A stretch of DNA of 64,000 bases, taken from NCBI GenBank assembly GCA_963663165.1, contig OY760175.1, positions 4,224,001-4,288,000 on the forward strand, given 5' to 3'. The translations under genes were made by a program, and so were the position numbers. The stretch comes from an uncultured Desulfospira sp. (lineage in GTDB: Bacteria; Desulfobacterota; Desulfobacteria; Desulfobacterales; Desulfobacteraceae). This document shows, one piece after another, positions 30,132 through 40,714 of this stretch (its first letter is position 1; every line of letters starts with the position of its first letter). A model generated the notes under the pieces. That model was not told the DNA's origin and ran no database searches. It saw only the letters and a program-made list of their open reading frames with translations.

Positions 30132-31793
30132 TTATTGGGATTTGGCCGGCTGAACAGCCAGCAGGGTATAGAGGTCCACGAGATTTCCGTACATGGTTTC
30201 CACGGGACCTTGAAAAGCAATCTTGTCCTTCCGGTAGGCCATGAGTCCGTCGGACAGACAGACGGGCAAGGCGGGAACGTCCTTGGCCAGAACCGCCTGC
30301 ATGTCTAAAGCCAGCTGGTTTCTCTTCGAAGGGGTTGTGGTCCGGTGCAGTTCATCGGCCAGTTGGTCGAATTCTTCGCTGCTGTAACCATACCAGTTGG
30401 GCCTGTTGAAAAAGGACCGGGTTTGAAAATGGGTGAGGTCATCGGCGTTGTCGTGCATCAAATCCGGCATTCCCGACATGAACAGGTGGTTTTTGTGCAC
30501 CTCCTTGGACCACATGGAAAAATCAACCTGTTTGAGTTCAAGGGTGATCCCGAACCGTGAGAAATCCTCCCGAAGCACCTCGGCCATTTTTTTGACCACA
30601 CAGGCGGATCCTTTGCCCCCCAGTACGAAGATCAGCTTTACCGGGTTTCCTTCAGGATCGTGCAATACACCGTCTTTCATGGTGTATCCGGCACCGGTGA
30701 GCAATGCTTGGGCACGATCCGGGTCAAAGGTATAAGCGGTTTGATTCTTTTCAATGCAGTCGGCTGCATAACGGGGCATGAGCCAACTGGTCGCCGGGGC
30801 GCCATAACCGTGGAATACGAGTCTGGCAATCCGGTCCCGGTCTACCAGGTGGGCCAGCGCCCGCCGAAAGGCCGGGGAGGCGGTGGGGCCGATGCGGCAG
30901 TTGAAACAGAGCCCATAGAGCCGCTTGCCCGGATACCGGATCAGGGCCAGCTGATCCTGCCGTTCCAGGAGGGGGGCGATCCATGGCAGCACGGCATCTG
31001 CCGCATGGATTTCGCCTGATTTAAGGGCCAGATTGATGATGTCGGCATTTTTAATGACCCGTAAAACCACTTTTTCAAAGGCTGGTTTGGGGCCGTGGTA
31101 GCCGTCGAACCGCTGCATTTCAAAAAACTGGCCGGGAATCCGCCGCACAAAAGAAAACGGCCCGGTGCCGACGGGATGCTGGTCTTCGTAGCGCATGGGT
31201 TCTGCGATATCCTTCCAGATATGCCGGGGAATAACAGCAATTCCGGGGCAGTGGGAAAGATGGTCGAGAAACTCGGAAAAACTGTCTTTGAGATAAAAGG
31301 TCACCGTATGGTCATCCGGGCATTCCACGCTGTTTACCATCCACAGCACGGTGGAGAGCCACAGCTGTTTTTCTTTCATGTAATCATAGGTGAACTTTAC
31401 GTCTTGGGCCGTGAAGGGCTCCCCGTCATGCCAGCGGGCATTTTTTACCAGGGAAAAGGTCCACTCCCGGGCCGACGGGTCGCTTTGCCAGCCCTCGGCC
31501 AGCCAGCCGTCATATCCCCCCTGGCTGTTTTTGGTTACCAGCCCCTCGTACATCAGTGATCCGGTGGGGCCGCCCCCCTTATGAAGGATCGATCCTTTTA
31601 GGAAATCTTCCGTCACCGGCAGCACCAGGGGGTCGCCGGCAACGGCACCCGGGATGAACATCCAGAAAAGACACAAGAAGATACTCAGCCTTGCCAGGTT
31701 CTTTGTTCGACTCATCCACGGTTTTGCGTGGATGAGTCTTCCCCCTGAGGACGTTATCCGTTTTGACTTGGTTATGACTGTATGTGTTGTCAT
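30132..31793 (-). CDS. Family 5 ABC solute-binding protein
   Basis: LAEGW, WHDGEPFTAQDVKFT and VGTGPF motifs; the true start may be about 31715. Confidence 0.9.
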   Translation of the reverse strand: MTTHTVITKSKRITSSGGRLIHAKPWMSRTKNLARLSIFLCLFWMFIPGAVAGDPLVLPVTEDFLKGSILHKGGGPTGSLMYEGLVTKNSQGGYDGWLAEGWQSDPSAREWTFSLVKNARWHDGEPFTAQDVKFTYDYMKEKQLWLSTVLWMVNSVECPDDHTVTFYLKDSFSEFLDHLSHCPGIAVIPRHIWKDIAEPMRYEDQHPVGTGPFSFVRRIPGQFFEMQRFDGYHGPKPAFEKVVLRVIKNADIINLALKSGEIHAADAVLPWIAPLLERQDQLALIRYPGKRLYGLCFNCRIGPTASPAFRRALAHLVDRDRIARLVFHGYGAPATSWLMPRYAADCIEKNQTAYTFDPDRAQALLTGAGYTMKDGVLHDPEGNPVKLIFVLGGKGSACVVKKMAEVLREDFSRFGITLELKQVDFSMWSKEVHKNHLFMSGMPDLMHDNADDLTHFQTRSFFNRPNWYGYSSEEFDQLADELHRTTTPSKRNQLALDMQAVLAKDVPALPVCLSDGLMAYRKDKIAFQGPVETMYGNLVDLYTLLAVQPAKSQ

Positions 31794-31804
31794 GTTTTCC
31801 CCGG

Positions 31805-33997
31805 TTAAAACCGAAAACTCAGTTCAAAGGTAAACGATTGGTCCGTCATGGGATAACCCCGGGAATTTTCGTATTTTTCATTGAACAGGTTGTTGATATA
31901 AGCACTGATGGTCAGGTCCTTGATGCCATATTTGTTGTTGCTGTTGTAAAGGATCTGGGTGACCCCCAGATCGAATACGTTATACGCTGACATGTAATTG
32001 TCGGTGGAGACATAATTGCCTGATCCGGCAGGGGATTCGGAGACTTCATGGGCAATTTGCTCATCCTGATATTTGTAATCAAGGGATATGGTGGTTTTTT
32101 TGAAGGGATGGTATCGCAAGCCGGCGTTGACCCGGTGCTTGGCAACGTCACCGAGTTCCTTTCCGGCAGGCTCATCTCCATCGTAATCGTATTCCTGGAA
32201 CATGTAGCCGACATAAAAGGAAAGGCAGTCCAGCAGGTTGCCGCTGATTTCCACTTCGGCGCCGTAGCGGTTGACCTCATCCAGGTTGATATACATATCG
32301 CTGCCTTCAAGTCCTGCCGGGAGTCCGGCGCCGGTGAAGACTTTTTTCCCGTTTTTCATTTGATACATGGAATATGTGCCGAAATCCCAGTTGTCTGCCA
32401 CATAGTCCTTGATCTGATAATAGGAAAAATCCGTCTTGAGGTTAATGTTTTTCCACAGCCGCCGGTTGATAATCAGGTCGTAGTTGACGCCATGCTCAGG
32501 GTCCACCTGGGCATACCGGCCAGGGCATACCAGGCAGAAGGGGGCAACATTCCAGAACCGGCTGACGCCAATGGACACAGAGGTGTCGCGCAGGCAGGCG
32601 GCGTGGTCATCCAGCTTGTAAGTGGCAAACAGTTTGGGCATCCATGAATCAAAGGATTTATCGATATATTTCTGGGCGGGATCAAGGGTGACCTGATACC
32701 CTTGGACAGAGCCCCACCCCATGATGGTGGAGTAGTTGTTGATGCTCAGATCTACGGCCTCGTACCGCAAGCCGGCCCTCACGCTGAAGTTTTCAGTGAC
32801 CTGCCAGGTATCTTCGATAAATCCGGATTTATGGCTTCTGACTTTGTTGTCGTCATCTTCTCGTGGTTCAAATGTAACATAGTAATCAAGGGCGTCGAAG
32901 CCCACAACAAGGGTGTGGTTTTTGAACGATTTGATCTCATCCTGGATATTGTAGGCCAGGGTTCTGCCTTTGGAGTTGGGATTTTCCACCAGCACACCGT
33001 TGGTGATCTGGGTGGAATAATGATCGGTTTTTTCGATATAGGACACCCCCAAAGAGATATCACCGATGGACGTCGGCTGGAAATAGGATAACCGGTGGGC
33101 CCAGTTTTCCAGATAGTATCGGCTGTCCGCTGTAATATTACTGGCAGTGTTGGATGTCACCACCGGGTAGCTGGAATCATAATCCCCGGAAGGGTCATTT
33201 AGTGCGTAGGATTCGCGTTCCTTTTGCACCAGGTTGCCCATGTATTTGAGATACGCGCCGGATGAAAATTTGTAACCGAGCATCAGCCCAAAATCTTCGG
33301 TGTCTGCCGCGCCGTGCCGCAGGTATCCGTCTGTCGTATAATTCCGGTAGGTTGCGGCGTAATTGAACCCGTTATAGCCGCCTTCCAGGACCATCCGGTT
33401 GTCGTAGGTGCCGTATTCTCCAATGCTGGAGGTGATTTTGATGTCCGGCTTGGTGCTGGTTTTTATTTCCGGGATCTTGGTTTTAAAATTGATCACCCCG
33501 CCCATGGCTTTACCGGAATATCTTGCCGAATGGGCGCCGGGAATGATTTCCACGGATTCAAGCAGATCCATGGGGACCAGGCTGTAATCCACCACCTGGC
33601 CAAAGCTTAAGGGTTGATCAAAGGTAACGCCGTCTACCGCATTGACATAACGCCGGACCCCGAATCCCCTAAGCAGAATCGGAGATTCCCCCCGTTCAGA
33701 CCGGACATCAATGTCGCTTTTTCCCCTGTAGTCGACCAGGGCGCTGTCCCTTAGAATGTCCACCACATTGTGGACGGCGGTGGCCTTTTGATAGGTTTCA
33801 AGGTTGATGGTTGATTTTTCAGGATCAAGCGTCGGCACCTCCTCGTTCTTAGTTGCCGTGACGGTGACATCTTTGAGGGTGTGCGTTTCAATGGTTTCGT
33901 TTTCGGATTCATCGGCTGCATGGCTGTTTCCTGCCGGTGACAGGAAAACAAGACAGGCCATTGCGGCAAAGCAGATCAGTTTTGCAAGAAATTTCAT
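31805..33997 (-). CDS. TonB-dependent outer-membrane receptor
   Basis: Signal peptide, TonB box VTVTA, plug motif ESVEIIPG...YSG.AMGGVIN, NNLFNEKY and a terminal F. Confidence 0.92.
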   Translation of the reverse strand: MKFLAKLICFAAMACLVFLSPAGNSHAADESENETIETHTLKDVTVTATKNEEVPTLDPEKSTINLETYQKATAVHNVVDILRDSALVDYRGKSDIDVRSERGESPILLRGFGVRRYVNAVDGVTFDQPLSFGQVVDYSLVPMDLLESVEIIPGAHSARYSGKAMGGVINFKTKIPEIKTSTKPDIKITSSIGEYGTYDNRMVLEGGYNGFNYAATYRNYTTDGYLRHGAADTEDFGLMLGYKFSSGAYLKYMGNLVQKERESYALNDPSGDYDSSYPVVTSNTASNITADSRYYLENWAHRLSYFQPTSIGDISLGVSYIEKTDHYSTQITNGVLVENPNSKGRTLAYNIQDEIKSFKNHTLVVGFDALDYYVTFEPREDDDNKVRSHKSGFIEDTWQVTENFSVRAGLRYEAVDLSINNYSTIMGWGSVQGYQVTLDPAQKYIDKSFDSWMPKLFATYKLDDHAACLRDTSVSIGVSRFWNVAPFCLVCPGRYAQVDPEHGVNYDLIINRRLWKNINLKTDFSYYQIKDYVADNWDFGTYSMYQMKNGKKVFTGAGLPAGLEGSDMYINLDEVNRYGAEVEISGNLLDCLSFYVGYMFQEYDYDGDEPAGKELGDVAKHRVNAGLRYHPFKKTTISLDYKYQDEQIAHEVSESPAGSGNYVSTDNYMSAYNVFDLGVTQILYNSNNKYGIKDLTISAYINNLFNEKYENSRGYPMTDQSFTFELSFRF

Positions 33998-34193
33998 ACA
34001 GTTTCCCTCCATACCTACAAATAAAATTGGTTTGGCCCAATCATTGCGTTGACGGAAGGGATACTTGGATGATATTCTTACTCTCTGAATATCCTTTCAC
34101 CGCTATGAAAGGGTCTCACATTAGGGGGCAGCCTTGCATTCCTTGGCCGGAGTAAGGTTGCCTTCTTTTTTTACACTCTTTTTATTCCAAAAC

Positions 34194-34244
34194 AAAAAAA
34201 GCCACGCAGTCATACCCCGCTTGGGGGCAATGGACCTTCGTGGC
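34194..34244 (-). terminator. Terminator-like hairpin in the leader of the TonB operon
   Basis: GCCACG...CGTGGC stem followed by T7 on the minus strand, about 200 nt upstream of the receptor start. Confidence 0.55.
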
Positions 34245-34488
34245 CTTTGGTTTTATTATGCCTCAAGTTGTTGCCTTGACCCGCGCTGTTCGCGGATCAA
34301 ACTTATTGTGTTCCCTCTAAAACGTGCCGTAAGGGGGCTTCAGCCACCACAGTTCAAAGTTTGTGTTCGTTTCCACACGTTTTGAGCATTTGAGCATATG
34401 CTACCTAACTTGTGGGTTTGCAAAAGTCAAGTGTTTTCCTTGGGTCAGGAGTTCCCCGCGGCTTTTTAAAAAATATGCGCTGAAGTAT

Positions 34489-36342
34489 TCATACCTTAAA
34501 AAGGGTCTTTGCCAGATACCCGATGGATGAGGACAGCCCGACCACAAGGATGGATCCGGCATTGTGGGTCACGGCCCCCCACACCGGGGTCAGCCAGCCC
34601 GTGGCGCCGGCAATGACCGATACCAGGTTGATCAGAAAGCTTAATGCAATGCTGATCTGAATGACCCGGCTCATGGTCCGGCCCAGGGAGAACAGAACCG
34701 TAAGCTTGTCCAGCCGGTCGTTCATCAGGACAATATCTGCGGTTTCAAGGGCCGCATCGGATCCGTTCAGCCCCATGGCAATGCCGGTGTCCGCTGCCTT
34801 GAGGGCCGGGGCATCGTTAATGCCGTCCCCCACATAGACCAGGACGCCCTTGTCATAGGCGGCAATGCGCGCCAGTTTGTCGGAAGGCGACTGGCCGGCA
34901 AAGGCCGTATCAATGCCAATCCTTCGGCTGATGGCATCTGCCGGGGCTTGCTGGTCCCCTGAAATCACGGCAATATCTGTGATTCCCATGGATTTAAGCT
35001 GCTTGACCACCTGCCGGGCTGCGGGCCGGGCCTGGTCTTCCATGCAGATATATCCGGCCGGGGCCTGGTCGATGTTTATTTCCACCGTGGTGTACCCTTT
35101 TTCAGAAAAGGCCTCGGTGGTGGCGATTTCCACGGCCCGGCCATCCACTCGGCCCTTGACCCCGAGACCCGGGATATGGACCACCTCATCGGCCTCCGGT
35201 ATCTCCAGGGACAACTCCCCGGCCTTTTGTAAAATGGCCCGGGCCAGGGGATGGTTCATTTTCATTTCCAGGGCCGCAGCGGTTCTCAGCAGGGTAGGCT
35301 CATCCTCCCCTTCCCCTTGAAGAATCACCTCTTTGACTTCCGGCGTTCCGTTGGTCAGGGTGCCGGTCTTGTCAAAAAAAACAGCCGTGGCTCTGGCCAT
35401 ATGCTCCAGATAGATTCCGCCTTTGACCAGAATTCCCTCCTTGGCGGCAAAGCCAATGGCACAGACGGTGGCCACAGGCCCTGCTAAAAGAAAGGAACAG
35501 GGGCATCCCACAATCAATACCGTGATGGCCCGCTCTAAATCCCGGGTGACGGCAAATGTGATCAGGGCGCTTGACAGGATAACCGGGGTAAACCACCGGG
35601 CATACCGGTCCACAATTTTGGCGGAATCCGTTTTGGACTGTTCCGCTGCGGAGACCATGGAGATGATTTTGCCCATGGTTGAATCTTTGCCCACCTTTTC
35701 GGTTCTTACCCGGATAAATCCGTCACTGTTCACGGTTCCGGCCCAGACCTCATCCCCTTGTTTTTTGGGTTTGGGCACCGGTTCCCCGGTCACGGCAGAT
35801 TCATCCACGGCACAGGCCCCGTCCACCACAATGCCATCCACCGGGATCATGCCGCCGGGTTTTACAATGACCACATCACCTTTGCCCACCTCGGACACCT
35901 TAACGGTTTTTTCCCGGCCGTTTTCTTCCAGAACCGCCGTATCCGGGGTCTTCTTTATCAAATCCTCAATGGCGTGGCGTGCGGAATCACTGACCGCTTC
36001 TTCCACCAGGGCGCCGGCCACCATGATGGCGGACACCACGGCCGCCTCCAGAAAATGACCGCTGACAAGACAGGCGATAATGGCAATGGAGACCAGTTCA
36101 TCCACGTTCATCCGTCGCTTCATGATGCCCCTGGCAGCCTCCATGATGATGGGAACCCCGTTGACCAGAACCGATAGCAGCAGCACCATATCCGTTACGC
36201 TGAAAACCGGCAGGTTTTTCACCGGAAGCATCCCGGCCAGGTATGCCAGGGGGATCAGGGCCGTGCCGGCGGCGGTTTTGATGAAATCTTCAGATGAAAA
36301 AAGTTCTTTGTATATATTTAAGTTTGCATGCCGTCGAATCAT
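34489..36342 (-). CDS. Heavy-metal P1B-type ATPase lacking an N-terminal metal-binding domain
   Basis: TGE, CPC, DKTGTLT, HP and GDGINDAP motifs. Confidence 0.92.
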   Translation of the reverse strand: MIRRHANLNIYKELFSSEDFIKTAAGTALIPLAYLAGMLPVKNLPVFSVTDMVLLLSVLVNGVPIIMEAARGIMKRRMNVDELVSIAIIACLVSGHFLEAAVVSAIMVAGALVEEAVSDSARHAIEDLIKKTPDTAVLEENGREKTVKVSEVGKGDVVIVKPGGMIPVDGIVVDGACAVDESAVTGEPVPKPKKQGDEVWAGTVNSDGFIRVRTEKVGKDSTMGKIISMVSAAEQSKTDSAKIVDRYARWFTPVILSSALITFAVTRDLERAITVLIVGCPCSFLLAGPVATVCAIGFAAKEGILVKGGIYLEHMARATAVFFDKTGTLTNGTPEVKEVILQGEGEDEPTLLRTAAALEMKMNHPLARAILQKAGELSLEIPEADEVVHIPGLGVKGRVDGRAVEIATTEAFSEKGYTTVEINIDQAPAGYICMEDQARPAARQVVKQLKSMGITDIAVISGDQQAPADAISRRIGIDTAFAGQSPSDKLARIAAYDKGVLVYVGDGINDAPALKAADTGIAMGLNGSDAALETADIVLMNDRLDKLTVLFSLGRTMSRVIQISIALSFLINLVSVIAGATGWLTPVWGAVTHNAGSILVVGLSSSIGYLAKTLFKV

Positions 36343-36558
36343 TTTCAGCTCCTTTTGTTTGGTTATCAGATAGTTTGAATATCAATTTATGATCGCTAAC
36401 CAAATATACGCATTATATTTATTAGTCAAGCAGTTTGTTGATCAAATATTTTTATTATAAAATTAAGCCGTCGAATTTATACCATGGCCGCCAGCCAGGG
36501 CAATCGCATTTGTGATTCGGCATGATATTCTTTGTGAATTTAATGTAGAAGAGGTAAT

Positions 36559-36627
36559 TAGACTGAAGGTGGTTAGGCTGAAGGGATGCGCAACCCTAAA
36601 CCCCTTCAGTCTTCAGCCTAAATCCCT
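36559..36627. repeat. REP-like palindromic element (GGCTGAAG family), copy 1
   Basis: 58/69 identical to 44096-44164; internal CTGAAG/CTTCAG inverted symmetry. Confidence 0.8.
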
Positions 36628-36795
36628 ACATAATTGGAGATTAAACGGATTATTCCAAACCCGCTTATCCCAAGGCCGCCATCAGAATTCCTTGACATTT
36701 GAAGCTGGTTTACATATGGGTCTGAGATTGACATGAAAGCCTACAACCAAAGGCTAACAGCTAGTAGCTAACAGCTAAAAACGGGAGCGGAATCG

Positions 36796-38016
36796 GTGGC
36801 AAAGCAGGCGGGCGGTTTTTATTATGGGTACATCGTTGTTCTGGCAAGTTTTCTGATTCTCCTGCTGGTGTTCGGGGTTCATTACACCTTCGGCCTTTAT
36901 GTGAAGCCGATTTTTGCTGAATTCGGATGGGGCATGGCCGCTATTTCCGGTGCTTATTCCCTGTCATGGCTCATTCAGGGGCCTTCGGGCATGATCATGG
37001 GAAAGTTAAACGATAAATACGGCCCGCGCATGGTGCTTTCCCTGTGCGGGGTTTCCCTGTTTATCGGCATTATTTTAACCACCCAGATTAAAGAAAGCTA
37101 TCAGCTTTATCTGTCTTACGGGCTGTTTACGGGGATCGGAACCGGCGGGATTTATGTTCCCATTGTGTCAACCATTACCAAATGGTTTGCCCAAAGAAGA
37201 GGGGTTATGACCGGGATTGCCATCAGCGGGATGGGGTTTGGGACCTTTGTCATGTCGCCGGTGGCCAATTATCTGATTTCCAATTACAGCTGGCGGGTTT
37301 CCTACAGCGTCCTGGGCACGGCCATGCTGATGGTGGTGCTGCTGTCGGCCCAGTGCCTTAAATCCAATCCGGAAAGTTTGTCCCCGGGGACAGGGAGCAA
37401 GGGAAACCCGGAAGGAAAAGCACCAGCAGGTCCATCGGTTTCTTTAAAAGAGGCCGTTTCCCAGGTGGGGTTCTGGATGATTCTGGTTATGTTCTTCTGC
37501 TTTGGGTACTGCCTGATGGCCATGCTGGTTCATATTGTTCCCCATGCCATTGAGATCGGCAAATCGCCTGCCGCTGCAGCCGGTCTGGTGTCCGTCATCG
37601 GGATTGCCAGCATCGGCGGGAAGGTTTTTTTTGGCTATTTTGGAGACCGCCTGGGCAGCAAAGCCACCTATATCATCTGTTTTGGGATTATGTTCGGGTC
37701 CTTGTGGCTGCCCATTTGTGCCGCCGGTCTGGTTTTTCTTTACGGTTTCAGCGTATTGTTCGGCCTGGCTTACGGCGGAAATGCCTGTGCCCAGGGCCCG
37801 CTTGTGGCGGATATCTTCGGGTTGAAGGCCCACGGTGAAATTTTAGGGACTCTGATCATTGGCTTTACCACCGGTGCTGCGGTGGGGCCGTTGCTCACGG
37901 GCTATCTGTTTGATATAAACGGCAGCTACACCACGGCCTTTTATATTGCGTCCTCTTTTTCTGCCCTTGGTCTGGCATTGGCGTTTACCCTGGGGGGCAG
38001 GCCGGCCCGTTCATAA
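36796..38016 (+). CDS. MFS transporter (oxalate:formate antiporter-like)
   Basis: About 12 hydrophobic segments; GKLNDKYGPR and KWFAQRRG motifs. Confidence 0.88.
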   Translation: MAKQAGGFYYGYIVVLASFLILLLVFGVHYTFGLYVKPIFAEFGWGMAAISGAYSLSWLIQGPSGMIMGKLNDKYGPRMVLSLCGVSLFIGIILTTQIKESYQLYLSYGLFTGIGTGGIYVPIVSTITKWFAQRRGVMTGIAISGMGFGTFVMSPVANYLISNYSWRVSYSVLGTAMLMVVLLSAQCLKSNPESLSPGTGSKGNPEGKAPAGPSVSLKEAVSQVGFWMILVMFFCFGYCLMAMLVHIVPHAIEIGKSPAAAAGLVSVIGIASIGGKVFFGYFGDRLGSKATYIICFGIMFGSLWLPICAAGLVFLYGFSVLFGLAYGGNACAQGPLVADIFGLKAHGEILGTLIIGFTTGAAVGPLLTGYLFDINGSYTTAFYIASSFSALGLALAFTLGGRPARS

Positions 38017-38075
38017 GATACGGCCGGCTTGGCCGGAATGTTTTTCATGGACTCCTCAAATAAAGGAAGGCGGCT

Positions 38076-39734
38076 GTGGAATCTTCAGGATTTGATTTTG
38101 ATTACATTGTCATCGGGTCTGGGTTTGGCGGCAGCGTATCGGCCTTGAGACTGTCCCAGAAAGGGTACAAGGTCGCCGTTATTGAATCGGGCAGACAATG
38201 GAAGAATACGGATTTTGCAAAGACCAACTGGAACCTGCGCAAATATCTGTGGATGCCGAAAATTTTCCTTTACGGCATCCAGCGCATGACCCTTTTAAAC
38301 GATGTGTTTATTCTCGGGGGTGCCGGTGTCGGCGGGGGCAGCTTAAATTACGCCAATACCCTTTATGTGCCGCCGGACGCTTTTTTTGAACATGATACGG
38401 TGAAGCGGCTGGGCGGCAAAAAAGGGCTGCTGCCCTATTACCGGATCGCCCAAAAAATGCTCGGGGCAACGGAGAATCAATATATCGGCGAATCCGATCG
38501 TCTCATGCTAAAAACCGCCGATGCATTCGACCGGGGCCATACCTTTCAAAAAACCCAGGTCGGGGTTTATTTCGGGCAGGAAGGCAAAACAGCCAAAGAC
38601 CCTTATTTTTTCGGGCAGGGACCGGACCGGACAGGATGTGAGCTTTGCGGGGCCTGCATGACCGGCTGCCCCAAGGATGCCAAAAACAGCCTGGATAAAA
38701 ATTATCTGTTTTTTGCCCAAAAATTCGGGGCGCAAATCATCCCGGAAAACAAGGTAACGGATATCCGCCCCCTTTCAGAGGACGGCGCCGGCGGGTATGT
38801 GGTCACCTCTGTTAAAACAACGGCCCTGTTGGGCCGGAAGACAGCCTTTAAAACCAGGGGCATTGTGGTGTCCGCCGGGGTGATGGGCACCCTTTCTTTG
38901 CTGCTCAAACTTAAGGAAAACGGGCGGCTGCCCCGCCTGTCCGGGGATTTGGGAAAAATTGTCCGGACCAACAGTGAGGCCATTCTCGGGGCAAAGGCCA
39001 AATCCCGGGATGTGGATTTTTCAAAAGGGGTGGCCATTACCTCCAGTGTTCATCCCGACGAAAACACCCATATGGAGCCGGTCCGGTATGCTGCGGGAAA
39101 CGATTTCATGGGCCTGTTGATTGTGCTGTTGACCGACGGCGGAGGAAACATTCCCCGGATGGTCCGGTACTTTTTGAATGTTCTTCGCCATCCGGTTCAG
39201 TTTATTCGTCTTTTAAACCCCCTGGGGTTTGCCCGCAGAACCCTGATTATCCTGGTCATGCAGACCCATGACAATTACCTGAATGTGTTCAGAAAGCGGC
39301 GCTTTTTCTGGCCTTTTGAAAAAAGCCTGACCTCGGTGCAGGCCAGTGTCAGAAAAAATCCTGTCTATATTCCCATTGCCAATAAATTTGCCCGGATTCT
39401 GGCCAAAAAGATGAACGGGATCCCGGCCGGGATCGTTACCGAAGTGTACATGAATGCGCCCATTACCGCCCACATCATGGGCGGTTGCAGCCTTCACAAA
39501 GAGCCGGGACGGGGCATGATTGACGAGAAAAATCATGTCAGGGGATATCAGAATATGCTCATTGCCGATGCGTCCATGATCCCGGAGAACCTCGGGGTGA
39601 ACCCGGCCCTGTCCATCACGGCGTTATCGGAACGGGCCATGTCCTTTATCCCGGTCAAGCCGTCAAAGACCATAAGATATTTAAAGGCCGATCACGCCTG
39701 GGGCATTGCCCCCTATCTTGAGGTTGAAGGCTGA
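38076..39734 (+). CDS. GMC oxidoreductase, cholesterol-oxidase (ChoD)-like
   Basis: IGSGFGGSVSALRL, GVGGGSLNYAN, CELCGACMTGC, AHIMGG and GVNPALSITALSER motifs. Confidence 0.85.
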   Translation: MESSGFDFDYIVIGSGFGGSVSALRLSQKGYKVAVIESGRQWKNTDFAKTNWNLRKYLWMPKIFLYGIQRMTLLNDVFILGGAGVGGGSLNYANTLYVPPDAFFEHDTVKRLGGKKGLLPYYRIAQKMLGATENQYIGESDRLMLKTADAFDRGHTFQKTQVGVYFGQEGKTAKDPYFFGQGPDRTGCELCGACMTGCPKDAKNSLDKNYLFFAQKFGAQIIPENKVTDIRPLSEDGAGGYVVTSVKTTALLGRKTAFKTRGIVVSAGVMGTLSLLLKLKENGRLPRLSGDLGKIVRTNSEAILGAKAKSRDVDFSKGVAITSSVHPDENTHMEPVRYAAGNDFMGLLIVLLTDGGGNIPRMVRYFLNVLRHPVQFIRLLNPLGFARRTLIILVMQTHDNYLNVFRKRRFFWPFEKSLTSVQASVRKNPVYIPIANKFARILAKKMNGIPAGIVTEVYMNAPITAHIMGGCSLHKEPGRGMIDEKNHVRGYQNMLIADASMIPENLGVNPALSITALSERAMSFIPVKPSKTIRYLKADHAWGIAPYLEVEG

Positions 39735-39804
39735 AGGCGGGAGGCTGAAGATCAAACGGGGAGGGAACTCGCCAGCCGAGAAACCGCCTTCAGCCAGAAG
39801 CCCT

Positions 39805-40290
39805 TTACTCCCGGCTAAAATTGGACCGGATGCTGACAACAGGCACGGGGCAGTGGCGGAAAACCTTTTCAGCAACACTGCCAAACAGAAACCGGGAAAG
39901 GTTGCCCCGGCCCTTGTTGCCCATGACAACCAGGTCCGCGCCCAAGGGTTCCACCGCGTCGAGGATGACGTTGTAAGGCACCCCGGTTTCAATCCGGATC
40001 TCCATTCTGTGCCGGTCGTCGGCAAACCGTTCTTTTAGCATGGCCTCTATTTCCTCAAGCCGTCTCTTTTTTAATTCGGCGATGTAATCTTCAATGCTTG
40101 TGGCTGCCGGAACAAAGAACCCGGAATGAATATCAATGGCTTCAACGCCGAGAATGTCCCGCTGGTTGATCACGTTAAAGACAATCAGCTTTGTATCGTT
40201 CTCTTTTGACAGGGTGATACCGTACTCAAGGGCTTCAAGGGAATAAGGCGATAAATCCACACATACCATGATGGTTTTTATTTTATCCAT
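39805..40290 (-). CDS. Universal stress protein
   Basis: IMVCVDLS and DLVVMGNKGRG...GSVAEKVFRHCPVPV motifs. Confidence 0.92.
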   Translation of the reverse strand: MDKIKTIMVCVDLSPYSLEALEYGITLSKENDTKLIVFNVINQRDILGVEAIDIHSGFFVPAATSIEDYIAELKKRRLEEIEAMLKERFADDRHRMEIRIETGVPYNVILDAVEPLGADLVVMGNKGRGNLSRFLFGSVAEKVFRHCPVPVVSIRSNFSRE

Positions 40291-40459
40291 AGGGTTTCCC
40301 TCCTTTCATACTTTCCGGTTCAAGGGCCTGTTTTGGCCTGGCCTGCCCGGACATTATCCCCGGCCTGACAGTGACGATTTGGCCGGAGCAAACCAAGGCT
40401 TTCCAAATACCAATTTCCAACTATTCCAACTATAACTATTTCAACTATATAAATAACTT

Positions 40460-40475
40460 TGCAAATGGTATGCCA
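40460..40475 (-). promoter_or_regulatory. Sigma54 -24/-12 promoter upstream of the universal stress protein gene
   Basis: Minus strand TGGCATACCATTTGCA closely matches TGGCAC-N5-TTGC. Confidence 0.7.
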
Positions 40476-40714
40476 GGGGGTGGCCGCGGGCGGCCCGCAG
40501 GGTTTTCATGGCCGAAAAAAAGACACCTGTTTCTGGAAACAGGTATCAATTAAGGGGATTGGATGCCGGTTACCCAGGCATCACCCTTGTGTACCCCGCC
40601 GTATTTAAACCCGGAAGGGAAGGAAAAGGGCGGCTAAAGGTTTACAGCGTATAAAAAAAATTGACACAGGGGTCAAACCTTGATTAGAGCATTATCTCCC
40701 GGCAGCTCATGCCG

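Noticed and set aside
33998..34488. Cobalamin riboswitch upstream of the TonB receptor
   Set aside because: I could not find the conserved GGGAA...GGTG.AA.TCC core or the B12 box on the minus strand.
40410..40452. AACTAT-type microrepeats downstream of the sigma54 site
   Set aside because: They are degenerate and AT-rich, and I cannot support a function.
40661..40676. TTGAC-N6-GTCAA palindrome as an Fnr/HcpR box
   Set aside because: It is 16 bp, two longer than the TTGA-N6-TCAA spacing of Fnr-type sites. It may bind another factor but cannot be assigned.
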